Source of the DNA: Rhynchobatus australiae
Lineage: Eukaryota
Length of the DNA stretch: 64,000 nucleotides
Assembly (NCBI GenBank): GCA_034780895.1
Contig: JAUZTB010000068.1
Span: forward strand, 21,029,964-21,093,963
Direction of reading: 5' to 3'
Made by a program: the position numbers and the translations under genes. Below the pieces are notes generated by a model. It saw nothing but the letters and a program-made list of their open reading frames with translations. It had not been told where the DNA came from and did no database searches. This document shows, piece by piece, positions 50,901-61,085 of this stretch (its first letter is position 1; each line of letters begins with the position of its first letter).

Positions 50901-53900
50901 AATGAATTCCAGCATTTTCTTAATGACAGATATTAGGCTAACAGGCCTATAGTTTCTTGCCTTCTCTCTCCATTCTTTCTTGAATGGCAGCTTTAGAATT
51001 GGAGCTTTCCAATCCTATGGTGCCTTTCCAGAACCCACTATATCAATGCACCCACAACACTCTATACTGCAGGCCATCAGGCCCAGGCAACTTGTTGGCC
51101 TTTAGCTCCATTAGTTTGCTTAATGCTTTTTCTCTTAGAACAGAGATTGTTTTAAATTTTGTTCTCCCCATGACCCTTGACTGTCCACTATTATTGGGAT
51201 ATTTTTCAGTGTCATCTACCATGAAGACTGATCCAAAATAATTGTTTAGGATCTCTGCCATTACTCTATTGCCAATGTCATCCCCCAAAGGACTACCATT
51301 TACTTCAACTGCTATCCTTCCTTTTTATATACCTGTAGAATCTCTTACTGTTTTTTTAGATTAATTGCTACTTTACTCTCATACTCTCCCTTTCCAGTTT
51401 ACTTAGAGACACAAGAGACTGCATATGTTTTCTTAGTCATCTTTGGCTGGTTCTTTTCCATGAAATATATACAAAGGTTTGTTTTGCATTTGTACTGCAG
51501 GTGTGCAATTATTAAAATATAGGCTGCTAAAAAATGTTTCACCTTTCTACAATATGCAAAGTACATATTCCAATCTAGCTACTTCAATGAGCTTCCACCA
51601 TGCACCCCAGGATTAGGTTTAGAAAATATGATCACTCAACCATTAAGGACTGCACAAGTTTAGACTGGCAATGCATAAAAGTCACACAGTTAATCAAAGA
51701 ACTGAGTGTGCTATGTACAAAAACACTCAGCAAATGAAGCATAAAATTCTGGACCAACAGAATATTGCAGGTCTTTTGGATGAGCTGTTAAGTTAAACCC
51801 TTTATTCCTTTGTCAATTAAGCATAAAAGTTCTCATGGAAGTACTTTGAAGAGGAGTGTTATTCCTGGAGTTCTTGCCAAAATTTATCTGTAAATCAACA
51901 TCACCAAAGAACACAATGAAAAACAGAAAAGGGGCAAGTCAGTCAGTGGATAAGATCATGGCCAACTTTTTCTTTCTTCCTCAGCCTCACTTTCCTGTAT
52001 TAAACCTCATACTCCTTGATTCCCTTAGCCAAATAAATCTATCAATCTGCCTTGAATGCACTCAATGATTGAGCATAGCCCTCATGGGTAGAGAATTCCA
52101 AAGTTTCACTACCCCCAGGGTAGTACCTATATCTCAGTCCAAAATGACCACCACCTTATTTTGATAGTGTGAACCATGGTTTTGGATGCACAGCCATGGG
52201 GAACTCCCCTCACTCATTCTAAACCACACTCCTCCCAACCTTACTGGACTTGTAGCACTCTGCTCATGAAGAACTGATCCTGATAGAATCATTTCACCTG
52301 CCGACAAAGGTGGTGCTCCTGTGGTCCGATGAAGTCACACTTGTTGCCAAACGTCAATCCTCAGATACATCCTCGTAACTCCTCCATACCACGACCCCAC
52401 CAAACACCAGGCCATTGTTTCCTACATAGTCACTGACCTCATTTCCTCAGGAGATGTTCCCTCCAGAGTTTCCCCTGGCCCACACAGCCCACGTCTACCT
52501 TCTGCCCACAATCTAGAAACAGGACTGTCCAGGCAGACCCACAGTTCCAGCCTGCTCCTGTCCCATGAAACTTATTTATTCCTACCTTGACTCCAGGTAT
52601 TCTCCCTGGTTGAGGCCCTTGACATTTACCTCTGTGACATTTCAGATGCCCTCCACCACTTCAACAATTTCCAATTTCCTGATCCCAACCAGCTCACTTT
52701 CACTATGGATGTACAATTCCTCTACATTTCCATTACATATCAGGATGGTCTGAGAGCCCTCCACTTCTTCCTGGAACAGAGGGTCAACCAGTTTCCCTCC
52801 AACAATTCACTCATTCAGCTGGATGACTCATCCTCACATTGAACAACAACTCCTTCGAACTCCACTTACTTTCTGCAAAGATGCAGCTATGGGCCCAAAC
52901 TATGCCTGTCTTTCATGGGATATACAAGCCTTTGATCAGTTCTAATCTGGCCCACACCTTCAACTATTCTTCTAGTACATCGATAACTGTATTAGTGCTG
53001 CTTCCTGCACACATACAGAACTCAAAAATTTCATCACATTTGCACCTATTTCCACCCTGATCTCACTTTCACATGGTCTGATTCTTCCATTCCCTTTCTG
53101 GATCTTTCTGCCTCCATCTCAGGGGTCAGGCCAGTCACAAACACCCAGATTCCCATAGTTGTCTTGACCCATCTTGGGTTTGTCCCTACCTTAATTCCTC
53201 CCCCACCCCCAACAAGGACTCCGTTTCATTTTCCCAGCCACATGCTCCAACGATGAGATTTTGCACACAATGCCTCTGAAATGACTCTTTCTTCCTGATC
53301 TGTGGCTTTTCCTTGAAGTGGTCAGAGCCCTTCAACATTTTGATAGGAATTATTCCCTTTGCAATTCCCTGGTTCATTTTCCTACCCCCACCTACATCTT
53401 ATTGCACTTTCTCATGCAACTGCAGGAGGTGCAACACACTTGTTCTTTCCATGTCTTCTTTTCCCATCATCCAGTTTTCCTTGGTGAAGCAGCAATTCAC
53501 TTCCACTGCTCCTGTTCCAACGTGCAGCATTCAGTGTTCACAGTTTGGTCTACTCTACACAGGATAAACCATGTGCAGATTGGGTGAAGCTTCGTGGAAC
53601 ACCAGCGTTCAGTCCGCAAATGTGATATCAAGCTTCCTGTTGCTTGCCATTTGAATTCTCCATCCCACTCTCACTACTTTAATTCTCCATCTTGACACAT
53701 GTCTGTGGCGTCCTGCAGTTTATAATGAGGCCCAATACAAGTTCAAAATACAGCACCTCAGCTTCCATCAGGCACATCGCATACTTCCAGATCCGATATT
53801 GAATTCCCCAACTTCAGATAACTTGCTTTTTGTCTGAATCAGCACTGCCCATTTCTCTTACAAGACATTCAATTGTGAAATTGGCTCCATTTTGCTCTTT

Positions 53901-55922
53901 CCAATAGTATACATCAATTGCTGGGCATGTCCCATAGGCCCACAATTTGCAACACATTATATTTCTTTGTCCATCTCAACATCCTCTATCTGTCCTATTT
54001 GACTGGAGGACAGATGAACCCCATGAACAATCTGGCCTCACCCTAGAGATATTCCCTTTGTCCTGTCCATTCCTCCCCCACATTCTCTGTAGCTTTTTTG
54101 TTTTCTTTTTTTACCCAGTTCTTCAAACTGAAACATTAACTCTTTCCATAGATGCAGTCTGACCTCATCTCTCATTTTCCTTATGACACAGAGGTAGGCC
54201 ATTTGGCCACTGAGTTCATGCTGGTTCTCAGAGCAATCTCATCATCCCACTTATTTCACTGCAACCAATTCACTCTTACATGCCAATTACTTTCCCCGGA
54301 TTCTTCTCTTGCCCACCAACACTGGGGGAATTTAAAACAGCCAATTAACCTATCAACCAGTTTTTGGGATAAGGGAGAAAAATTGAGCACCTGGGGCATG
54401 TCACAGGAAGAACCTGGAAGATCCACACAGCACCAGATTAATTCAGGTAGCTGAAGCTGTGAAATACTGTCCTGTCTCATGACCCGCCAGTTCAATCTAT
54501 CACACCACGAGGGGTGCTACAAATCATCAGTGCGCAAACACCAACCTGCAAGCTGTGGATGAGATCGAGAAAGATTTCTATTCCAATCTTGGAAAAAAAA
54601 CCCTGGCCTGCATCCCAAAGGCGGCAAACTGATCTTCCTAGGTAACTTCAATGCAATCCTCTGGAAAGACGCGATTGGTTAGGATGGAGAGGAGAAATAA
54701 ATAACAATGGAGCCCTTTTCCTAATAAAATGCCTGGAGCACACNNNNNNNNNNACTGTGTCATCATCTCAATGACGGACCCCAGCACCTGCACAGGAGAT
54801 GAGGACTGCTGGATTGACTACCTTCAACTTGGCTCCAAATCAAAGGCAGCAACAGTTCTGAAAGCCTCAAAGACTTGGCAAAGGCAGTTTTTCCTCAGTC
54901 AGGACTACAAAGACAGCCGGACAACTCCCAGTGCATCCACAGGGCTTTGACTGGCCTGAAGTCTACTGTAATTAGTATCTGTGTAGAGAATCTTGGCTTC
55001 TCTACCAAAAAGCGCCAGGATTACTTAAATAATGACCAGGAGATCTGAGAGCTAAATAACCATAAACAAAGACAGTTTATGAATTAGAAACTCCTCAAGG
55101 AAAAAGAAACAGCTTTACAAACATCTGGAGACTGAACTGTAACAGAAAATGTGTAACCTCAGAAACGATTGTGGGTGGAAAGAGCACAGTACATCCAGCA
55201 CCTCTCTAATAACTACAATGTATATGTATTTTTCAGTGACTTTAAGGCAGTATGCCCCAATCTCCCAAGGATCTAACCTGCCAAAAATGAAGGATCACTT
55301 ATCAGGGAAAGTGAAGCAATCTGCACTTGCTGAAAGGAGCATTTCAAAGCACTCCACACTAAACTATTTCAGATATTATTTAGCCCAAGAAAATCAAAAT
55401 ATTACAGATACTGGAAATTTGAAATAAAAATTGAAAATGCCAGACTTGCTGAGTAATTTTTGTTTTATTTCTGATTTCCAGCATCTGCATTTTTTTTTAA
55501 ATATACATTTTATCTGCTGTATTATTCTATGTTCTCTGCTCCAGGTTCTACTGTTCCAAGGCAAACATTATCACACACTACAAGCCAGCCAACACGAACT
55601 GCAAATTTTCACACCACTTAATATTTTGCGGACATCTTTGTTCAAGTACTTTTACTCATAAAGGAAAAAAAGTACAAATGCTGCTAAGAACCTGTCTCCT
55701 TGCTTTTCCCTACTGCTCTTTTTTTTTGTCCATCAATTCGACCCTCAAAATCAGCCACGAACAAACATTTCCTATTTACAACCGTCACGCCCTGCAGTGC
55801 GTTCACTTGGAAGACTGTCCTGCGTTGTCACTCACGGTTGTGGCCAGCGCACGTTGGAAGGCAGCCGCAGCAGCAACAACACGCAGTCTCGGCAGCCTCA
55901 TCGCAGCCGACAGCAACGCCAT
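32886..55922 (-). CDS. HMGCL: 3-hydroxy-3-methylglutaryl-CoA lyase, mitochondrial/peroxisomal; spliced gene, partly in assembly gaps
   Basis: Exons 55922-55836, 49583-49500, 46599-46492, 45167-45072, 43646-43498, 39978-39915, 37897-(gap from 37839), exon 8 not visible, 32987-32886. Motifs [46 protein letters not shown]; Arg/Ala-rich presequence; C-terminal CKL. Confidence 0.96.
33625..34562 (+). mobile_element. CR1 LINE 3' fragment (RT C-terminus and 3' UTR)
   Basis: ORFs 33709-34098 and 34053-34481: [58 protein letters not shown]; frameshifted. Confidence 0.9.
35419..35495 (+). mobile_element. 3' end of probable LTR (family B)
   Basis: Matches 2310-2386; ends ...gtaaCA; preceded by an N gap. 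Confidence 0.55.
35640..37000 (-). mobile_element. Decayed CR1 LINE fragments
   Basis: CR1 3'-tail-like text at 35645-35900, gtcaactggcatgtaatt (reverse NY-PV) and an LNEY/SPG-like stretch; bounds approximate. Confidence 0.55.
37840..37897 (-). CDS. HMGCL: HMGCL exon 7, visible 5' part
   Basis: ctttctgcag|[19 protein letters not shown](G), then N gap 37609-37839. Confidence 0.93.
38100..39830 (+). mobile_element. Decayed CR1 LINE ORF2 fragments
   Basis: [16 protein letters not shown], atatatttaggttttgaaaaagccatttgataaa (YLDF-KAFDK) and a CR1-like tail; bounds approximate. Confidence 0.6.
39915..39978 (-). CDS. HMGCL: HMGCL exon 6 (GC donor)
   Basis: 64 nt; [21 protein letters not shown]|gcaagt. 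Confidence 0.92.
40155..40570. repeat. Fold-back element: two inverted arms (about 150 bp) of the common elasmobranch Penelope-terminus-like repeat
   Basis: Left arm aatgctggaaacactcagcagtcaggcagcatc...gggtagaacaa; right arm ttgttctaccc...gatgctgcctgaattgctgaacatttccaaca. Confidence 0.75.
41985..42350 (+). mobile_element. CR1 LINE 3' fragment
   Basis: [40 protein letters not shown], then the CR1 tail gaagggcctgtttctgtgctgta. Confidence 0.8.
43498..43646 (-). CDS. HMGCL: HMGCL exon 5
   Basis: 149 nt; [49 protein letters not shown](G). Confidence 0.95.
45072..45167 (-). CDS. HMGCL: HMGCL exon 4
   Basis: 96 nt; [32 protein letters not shown]|gtaagt. Confidence 0.95.
46492..46599 (-). CDS. HMGCL: HMGCL exon 3
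   Basis: 108 nt; [36 protein letters not shown]|gtaaga. Confidence 0.95.
49500..49583 (-). CDS. HMGCL: HMGCL exon 2
   Basis: 84 nt, phase 0-0; [28 protein letters not shown]|gtaatt. Confidence 0.95.
50170..51400 (-). mobile_element. Decayed CR1 LINE fragments
   Basis: ORF 51043-51288 [13 protein letters not shown]...[17 protein letters not shown]; ORF 50154-50375 [18 protein letters not shown]. Confidence 0.8.
51765..51910 (+). mobile_element. Deu-domain SINE remnant (SacSINE/AmnSINE-like)
   Basis: tttggatgag...ttaaacc...taaaagttctcatgg...ttgaagaggag..ttattcctggagttcttgccaaaattta resembles the recalled Deu core. Confidence 0.55.
52200..53830 (+). mobile_element. Decayed Penelope-like element (RT and GIY-YIG endonuclease)
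   Basis: ADKGGAPVV (52300), [26 protein letters not shown], then [10 protein letters not shown] and R-GE-FVEH-RSV, PVACH; many frameshifts. Confidence 0.85.
54500..55230 (+). mobile_element. Decayed RTE-type LINE endonuclease fragment
   Basis: [24 protein letters not shown] (GDFNA motif), CWID; disrupted. Confidence 0.65.
55836..55922 (-). CDS. HMGCL: HMGCL exon 1 (mitochondrial presequence)
   Basis: 87 nt; [29 protein letters not shown]|gtgagt; Arg-rich with no acidic residues; Kozak gaaATGG; in a CpG island. Confidence 0.88.
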
Positions 55923-56070
55923 TTCCAGTCGGCGTCCACCAGATCCCGCGGCCCGGCGAGGATCACATGACCTCGCCGCCGTCCGCTCCGCCAATCAGCA
56001 CTCACTGAGCGTGGCACCGCTTCTTGTATTGCTGGGGGATTCCAGCCGGGTGCAATGTGCCTGCAGCTGA
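55923..56070 (-). promoter_or_regulatory. HMGCL proximal CpG promoter
   Basis: CCAAT 55991-55995; GTCATGTGA E/M-box 55963-55971; YY1-like AAATGGCG over the start codon. Confidence 0.7.
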
Positions 56071-56174
56071 GGTCTTGCAGAGTCTCTTTAAGTGGTTTGC
56101 TTCCCAAACACTCGTTATAAGTTTTGAGCCGTTTTATTGCAACTAAAAGGTACCAATATAAATATACAGTCGAG

Positions 56175-56378
56175 AAAGCAGATTCTGGAAACCTTAAATA
56201 AAAACAGGAAATGCTGTATACACTCAGCAGGCCATGCAAACAGAGTTAAGATTTCAGATCAGTAACCTTTCATCAGAACCTTAACCCAATCCTTTCAATT
56301 TCATTGACCTGAAACATCAACTCTGTTTCATTCTCACAAACTCTGTCTGGCCTGCTGCATATCTCCAACATTTGCAGT
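56175..56378. repeat. Short fold-back element of the same family as 40155-40570
   Basis: aaatgctgtatacactcagcaggcc...cagagttaagatttcag is inverted against ctgaaacatcaactctg...ggcctgctgcatatctccaacattt. Confidence 0.65.
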
Positions 56379-58581
56379 GGCATGTTTGTAGCTCACAAGG
56401 AACAGATTGAACCATTTGGGAATGTGGGTGGATTTTTTTGTGGTTGGGAACATAATGGGAGTCTGCAACCTGCACCTGCAGTGCTGTAGAATTGCCTGAC
56501 CAAGCTGCAGACCTTAAGGCCTTAACTTTCAATACAAATACTTTACAGCACTTTTTTGCGAAGAGCTTGATTTTGAATGTATAGCAGTCTGACCCATCTG
56601 CATTTGTGATGATCAGCATCAGATTTAGATAAAAATAGGCATAGACTATTCGGTCCTTCGAGCGTGCTCTGCCATTCGATACAATCATACACGATAATCT
56701 GTTTTAATATCATATTTCCACATCCTCCCCATACACGTTGATGACTTTCGTCTAGAAATTTAACTTTATGCTTCCTAAGAATATTCAGTGACTGTAGTCC
56801 TCAATGGTCGCAAATTCCACAGGTTGACCGATCCTTTGAGTGAAGAATTTTTTCTTCATGTCAGTCCCAAATCTCTTGTAAAATGAGAGTGTAACTTGTT
56901 CCAGACACATCCTCCGCAAACAAGTTTGTAGAGTTCTGTGAGAATTTTGTATGTTTCAATTAGATCCCCTCTCATTCTTCTGAACATTTGTAAATAAAAA
57001 CCTAGTCAAGTTAATCTCTCCTCATGCAACAGTCCTGCCATTCCAGGATTCCCATCCTATGCAGGACCTTAGCACCCCTAAATTGCCCATAGTTCAATTC
57101 CCATATATCTCCTTGGCTAGTGAGGGAGTGTCATCTGTAAGGTCGGAAGTTGTGATGAACTGGCCACCTCTTAACTCCCCAATTATATCTTTGCACCATC
57201 TATCTGTCAGCAGTGTGTTCAAGTTTTCTCTACTTGGCCAGATGATTGCAGCTCAGATTGGCATAATTTTAATACCAAACAGCCTGCTTGAATAGCACGT
57301 CATCACCACCCAAAACATTCACCTCCTCCATCTCCTGGGCACTAATGTGTATCCTCTGCTGCTAACAGTGCAGTTACCTACCAAAGCCACTTCAAAATAG
57401 TTCCCCAACCTGGAAGGGCTAAAATCCAAGACAGAAGGTGCATGAAAACACCACCAAGGCCCCCTCCAGGTCACACGTCATCCAGATATGGAAATATATC
57501 ACTGTTCTGTTATTGTGGCTGGGACTAATAGCTGGAAATCCATGCTCAACAACAAACTTACCAAAATTGGTTCTGCACCACCTTCAAAAGAGAAGTGAGC
57601 ATAGGTAACAGATACTGGCCTGGACAGTGATAGTCACATTCCATAAATGAATTATAAACAAAAACTGCAGGAATTGGAAATGAATAGCAGAGCTGTTTTC
57701 CTGGGGGAATCTGCAAATAACCACCTGAGCTTAACGAGTAAGGAATTGTTAGCTCAGAGCTAATTACTGACCCAATAGGACGAGATACCAGAGGTTTCTA
57801 TCCACAAACTATCACACATACATCATTTTTCTGATCACCTGTTACCTATGTAGAAACATTAGGAAAGAATAATGTCAGAACATGCATCCAATGATGGGTA
57901 TTGAAATAGATAATCGGCCATGACCTGCTTCTATTTTCTAACTATGGATGTTACCACCAATGCTTTTTTGTTCGACTGCTGACCATTCTATAACTCTAGA
58001 ACTAAACTAGTGAGAACAGAAAGGAAAACATTGACTCTCATCTCTCTTCAGTACGGTAATAATCTATCCTGCACCACAGTACTATAGTAGAACTAGAAAC
58101 AAAACTGTGCGTCCCTTTACCAAAGAACCGGGACAATTATAACCAAACCGGGACGCACAATTTTGAAACAAGGCATCCACATATGAGGGAAGTAAAATAA
58201 ATGCCACATTGTGGAAACGGAATAAATCTTGTCGTTTGTTTTAAGTAAAATGGAAAGAAAACACATTCAAAAGAACTCAAATTAAATAGAAATATCAGTA
58301 CAAAATACTTCATAAATATGAGACGAACTTAAAAAGGCCACGGTTGTTCAGGAAATAAAATTAATACAAATTTTCAATAAGCAAGTAAGTGAAATCATGT
58401 AAGAAAATGCTACAAATGCATTATACTATTAAAATACCGTTTTATGATAACGTATATTGGTGTGTCCAATATACACACCCTAATGCACTGTGAGTCGTTA
58501 CCCCACGTAGGTTTCGGAATGGAATGCCATTTCGACGCAACTCTATCTCTCACTGATTTTACTTCTAATAGTCTGACTCAC

Positions 58582-58602
58582 CTGTGGACAGATCGCTTCC
58601 AT
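58582..58602 (-). CDS. HMGCL: Candidate alternative first coding mini-exon of HMGCL (MEAICPQ)
   Basis: aggATGG strong Kozak, 7 codons, perfect donor CAG|GTGAGT (58581-58576), phase 0 matching HMGCL exon 2; no transcript evidence available. Confidence 0.5.
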
Positions 58603-58760
58603 CCTACCCACCACATTATTTCACGTGAAAATGAAACTTCTTGCGACCGAAATACTCCAAGAACAGGCAAAACAAAGCTCCAATTTTTCTGACGTCAGGA
58701 AACTAAAATAGTAACTTCCTTCTCGCTTTCTCTCTGATTAGCATGTTTTTTTCTGACGTT
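58603..58760 (-). promoter_or_regulatory. Upstream promoter-like element with E-box, ISRE and CRE
   Basis: TTTCACGTGAAA palindrome 58619-58630; GAAAATGAAACT (ISRE consensus GAAANNGAAACT) 58627-58638; CTGACGTCAG 58689-58698; visibly raised CpG density over about 58430-59150. Confidence 0.6.
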
Positions 58761-60869
58761 TCTATATTTTTCATATACGTTACATTTATTCAAGAATGTT
58801 TCCCCCACTCGTTTTTTAGTGAAAATAATGCCTTTCACTTTTTAGTGAAAGATCAAAAGCCAATCCTCATTTCCTACGCGATTGATGAAACAGAGTATCT
58901 CCCAAATACAAGGAAACGGTAACTTAAAAAGAGACGGACGCATGTAACAGGATATGATTAAATGTGCAGTCGAAAGCCAAATCGAAAAATACAGAATAAA
59001 CGTTCTTAATCCATCAATATAATATATATTGAAACTTCTTGTTTTTTTAAAATAGTCTGTAACTAAAAATCTTGCCTCTGGAGTCTGCAAGGCTTAAGAC
59101 TTGTCGAACGTTGGTAGTTGTTCGAAACCTATGCGCTCGAAAATAGGATTAATGCAGAAATATATTGGCCCTAAACTGTACTGATAGGTTTATTCTTGGT
59201 CAAGTACTTGAACCAAGTAAACATAGTCATATTTGTTAATCATAGAATCAAGGATTGATTACAACAGTTGTTAGTCATCTATCCAGAATCATAAATAGTA
59301 AGGAGTAACTTAATTATGTCTAAATATTTTATATCATTAATAAGCTAGCAATATCACTTTGTGATTGGCAATAAAAAGCACAAACAAGTAACAAGGAGAA
59401 CTATTGACTTTTCCCAAAGGTTTGCATCAGCTGGGTGAAACCACCCAGCACTCAGTGANNNNNNNNNNNNNNNNNNTGGCCAGATGTTGTTATCTACTGC
59501 AAAATTATTCTTCCTTTGATACTGTGTAAATATATGATCCTTTATCTTCCTTTGGGAAAACAGGCACCTGGGAGGAAGAATTTCATCTCAGCAGTCCTCA
59601 TCCTGTATTCCAGGCTCTGCTAACATTAATTCAGAACAACCACTTTGGGGGAATTCAAACGAGGGAATTGCGGGAGAACACTGGGTGTAACTTCATGCAG
59701 CAGTGAAAGCAAGCTAATGGAAATGGCAGAAGGCAAGGAGCAAGAGCTGGAAAAGATGTGCAGGAGTTTAGGAGAAGGAGAAAGGGAAGAGCAAAAAGGA
59801 TCAACAATTTGAGGCTAACGAAAGGAACAAACAGCATTAGTCATTTTCTTAATCTGACGCACATAAATTGTTCAACAGTGAGTATGGTGTCTGGAATTAT
59901 GGAATCTTACTACATTTTCTAAATTTCAAAGACTGGAGTGATAGCCATACCACTGAACAGAAAAATAGGCAGTCTATTATTGCTTCAATCCAGACAAAAG
60001 AATGGGCTATCACATTATAACTTGTTTTGTTGGCAGGGCATTTCAGTTAAAATGTGAAGTACACCAACTGTGTGTAAAACAGAATTCAGAAATCACCTGA
60101 TAGTTTAGCTCAAAGGCACAGATGACTGGGAAGTAAAGGCATAGGAAATTATATGAAGGGCCTTGCCATTTAATGGTAAGGGACCAATTGCAGAAAATAG
60201 TTCCTATTAATTTAAGAATCTGTTTACTTTTTTAGTTGGATAAATTGTCTTGATTAGGTACATGTAAAGGCCTCATAATGGCAAGAAGAGTCTTCAGAGC
60301 TACAGAAGACATCTCTTGGAATTCTGAATATGTCGCAAATGCTGGCACATCTCCGCAGAATAACAAAATTGAGGTTCATGCTGCCACAGTAATTAAGTGC
60401 TCTTTTTGTACTCTTGGCACCAATATTACTATTGAATATCAAGGGAAAATGATGATATTTCCACATGATGCAAATGGTTATTGCCACATGCTAGAGTGGA
60501 ACTATGGTAACTTCCCCTGCAATCCAAATGGTGCAAAATTTCACAGCATTCAAGTATAGGCTCCCTTGTTGTTTGTGTCCGGAGCTAGTGGAGTAAAATC
60601 CCCATGTGAACCTTGAGCCTATAAGAGGTGCACTGACAGCATCTTCAAAGATAGCCTCTCTCGTTACCGCCTACCTTCTCCTCCTTCCTCTTCCTGCTGT
60701 CATGCTGTGGGCAAGAGCTGTGTTCATATGGTGTTAAGGAGAAGCAGGAGTGTAAGATACAGTAGTACAAGACATAGTGGGCATGTCTCCCTCCTCTGAA
60801 TTTTAGATTATTTTGTTTATATTCTTTTTCTGTGTTCTCACTCTCTAACTGCTCATTGACCAGATAACG

Positions 60870-61085
60870 TCGACTACAGCTTATCCCCATGGTCACCCTG
60901 GTTCTACCCTATCAGAGACACCCCCCTCCTCCACCCATCCTGCAACTTTTATCTCCCCAGTTCTGACAAAGGGTCTTTGACCTGAAACAGTAACTCTATT
61001 TCTCTTCCCACAGATGTGGCCTGAGCTGCTGCGTATTTCCAGCATTTTCCGTTTTTATTTTAGTTTTCCAGTACCTGCAGTTTTT
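60870..61085. mobile_element. Penelope-terminus-like repeat copy
   Basis: ccagttctgacaaagggtctttgacctgaaac...cacagatgtggcctgagctgctgcgtatttccagcatttt. Confidence 0.6.

Noticed and set aside
55923-55994. N-terminal extension of HMGCL (MAERTAAR...) in the ORF track
   Set aside because: It starts at a TTG inside the CCAAT box; the ATG at 55922 has good context and begins a typical presequence.
60645-60896. ORF containing HSSCPQ, identical to the human APT2 catalytic His motif
   Set aside because: The flanks show no APT similarity and no donor follows the Gln codon; it is a chance 6-residue match.
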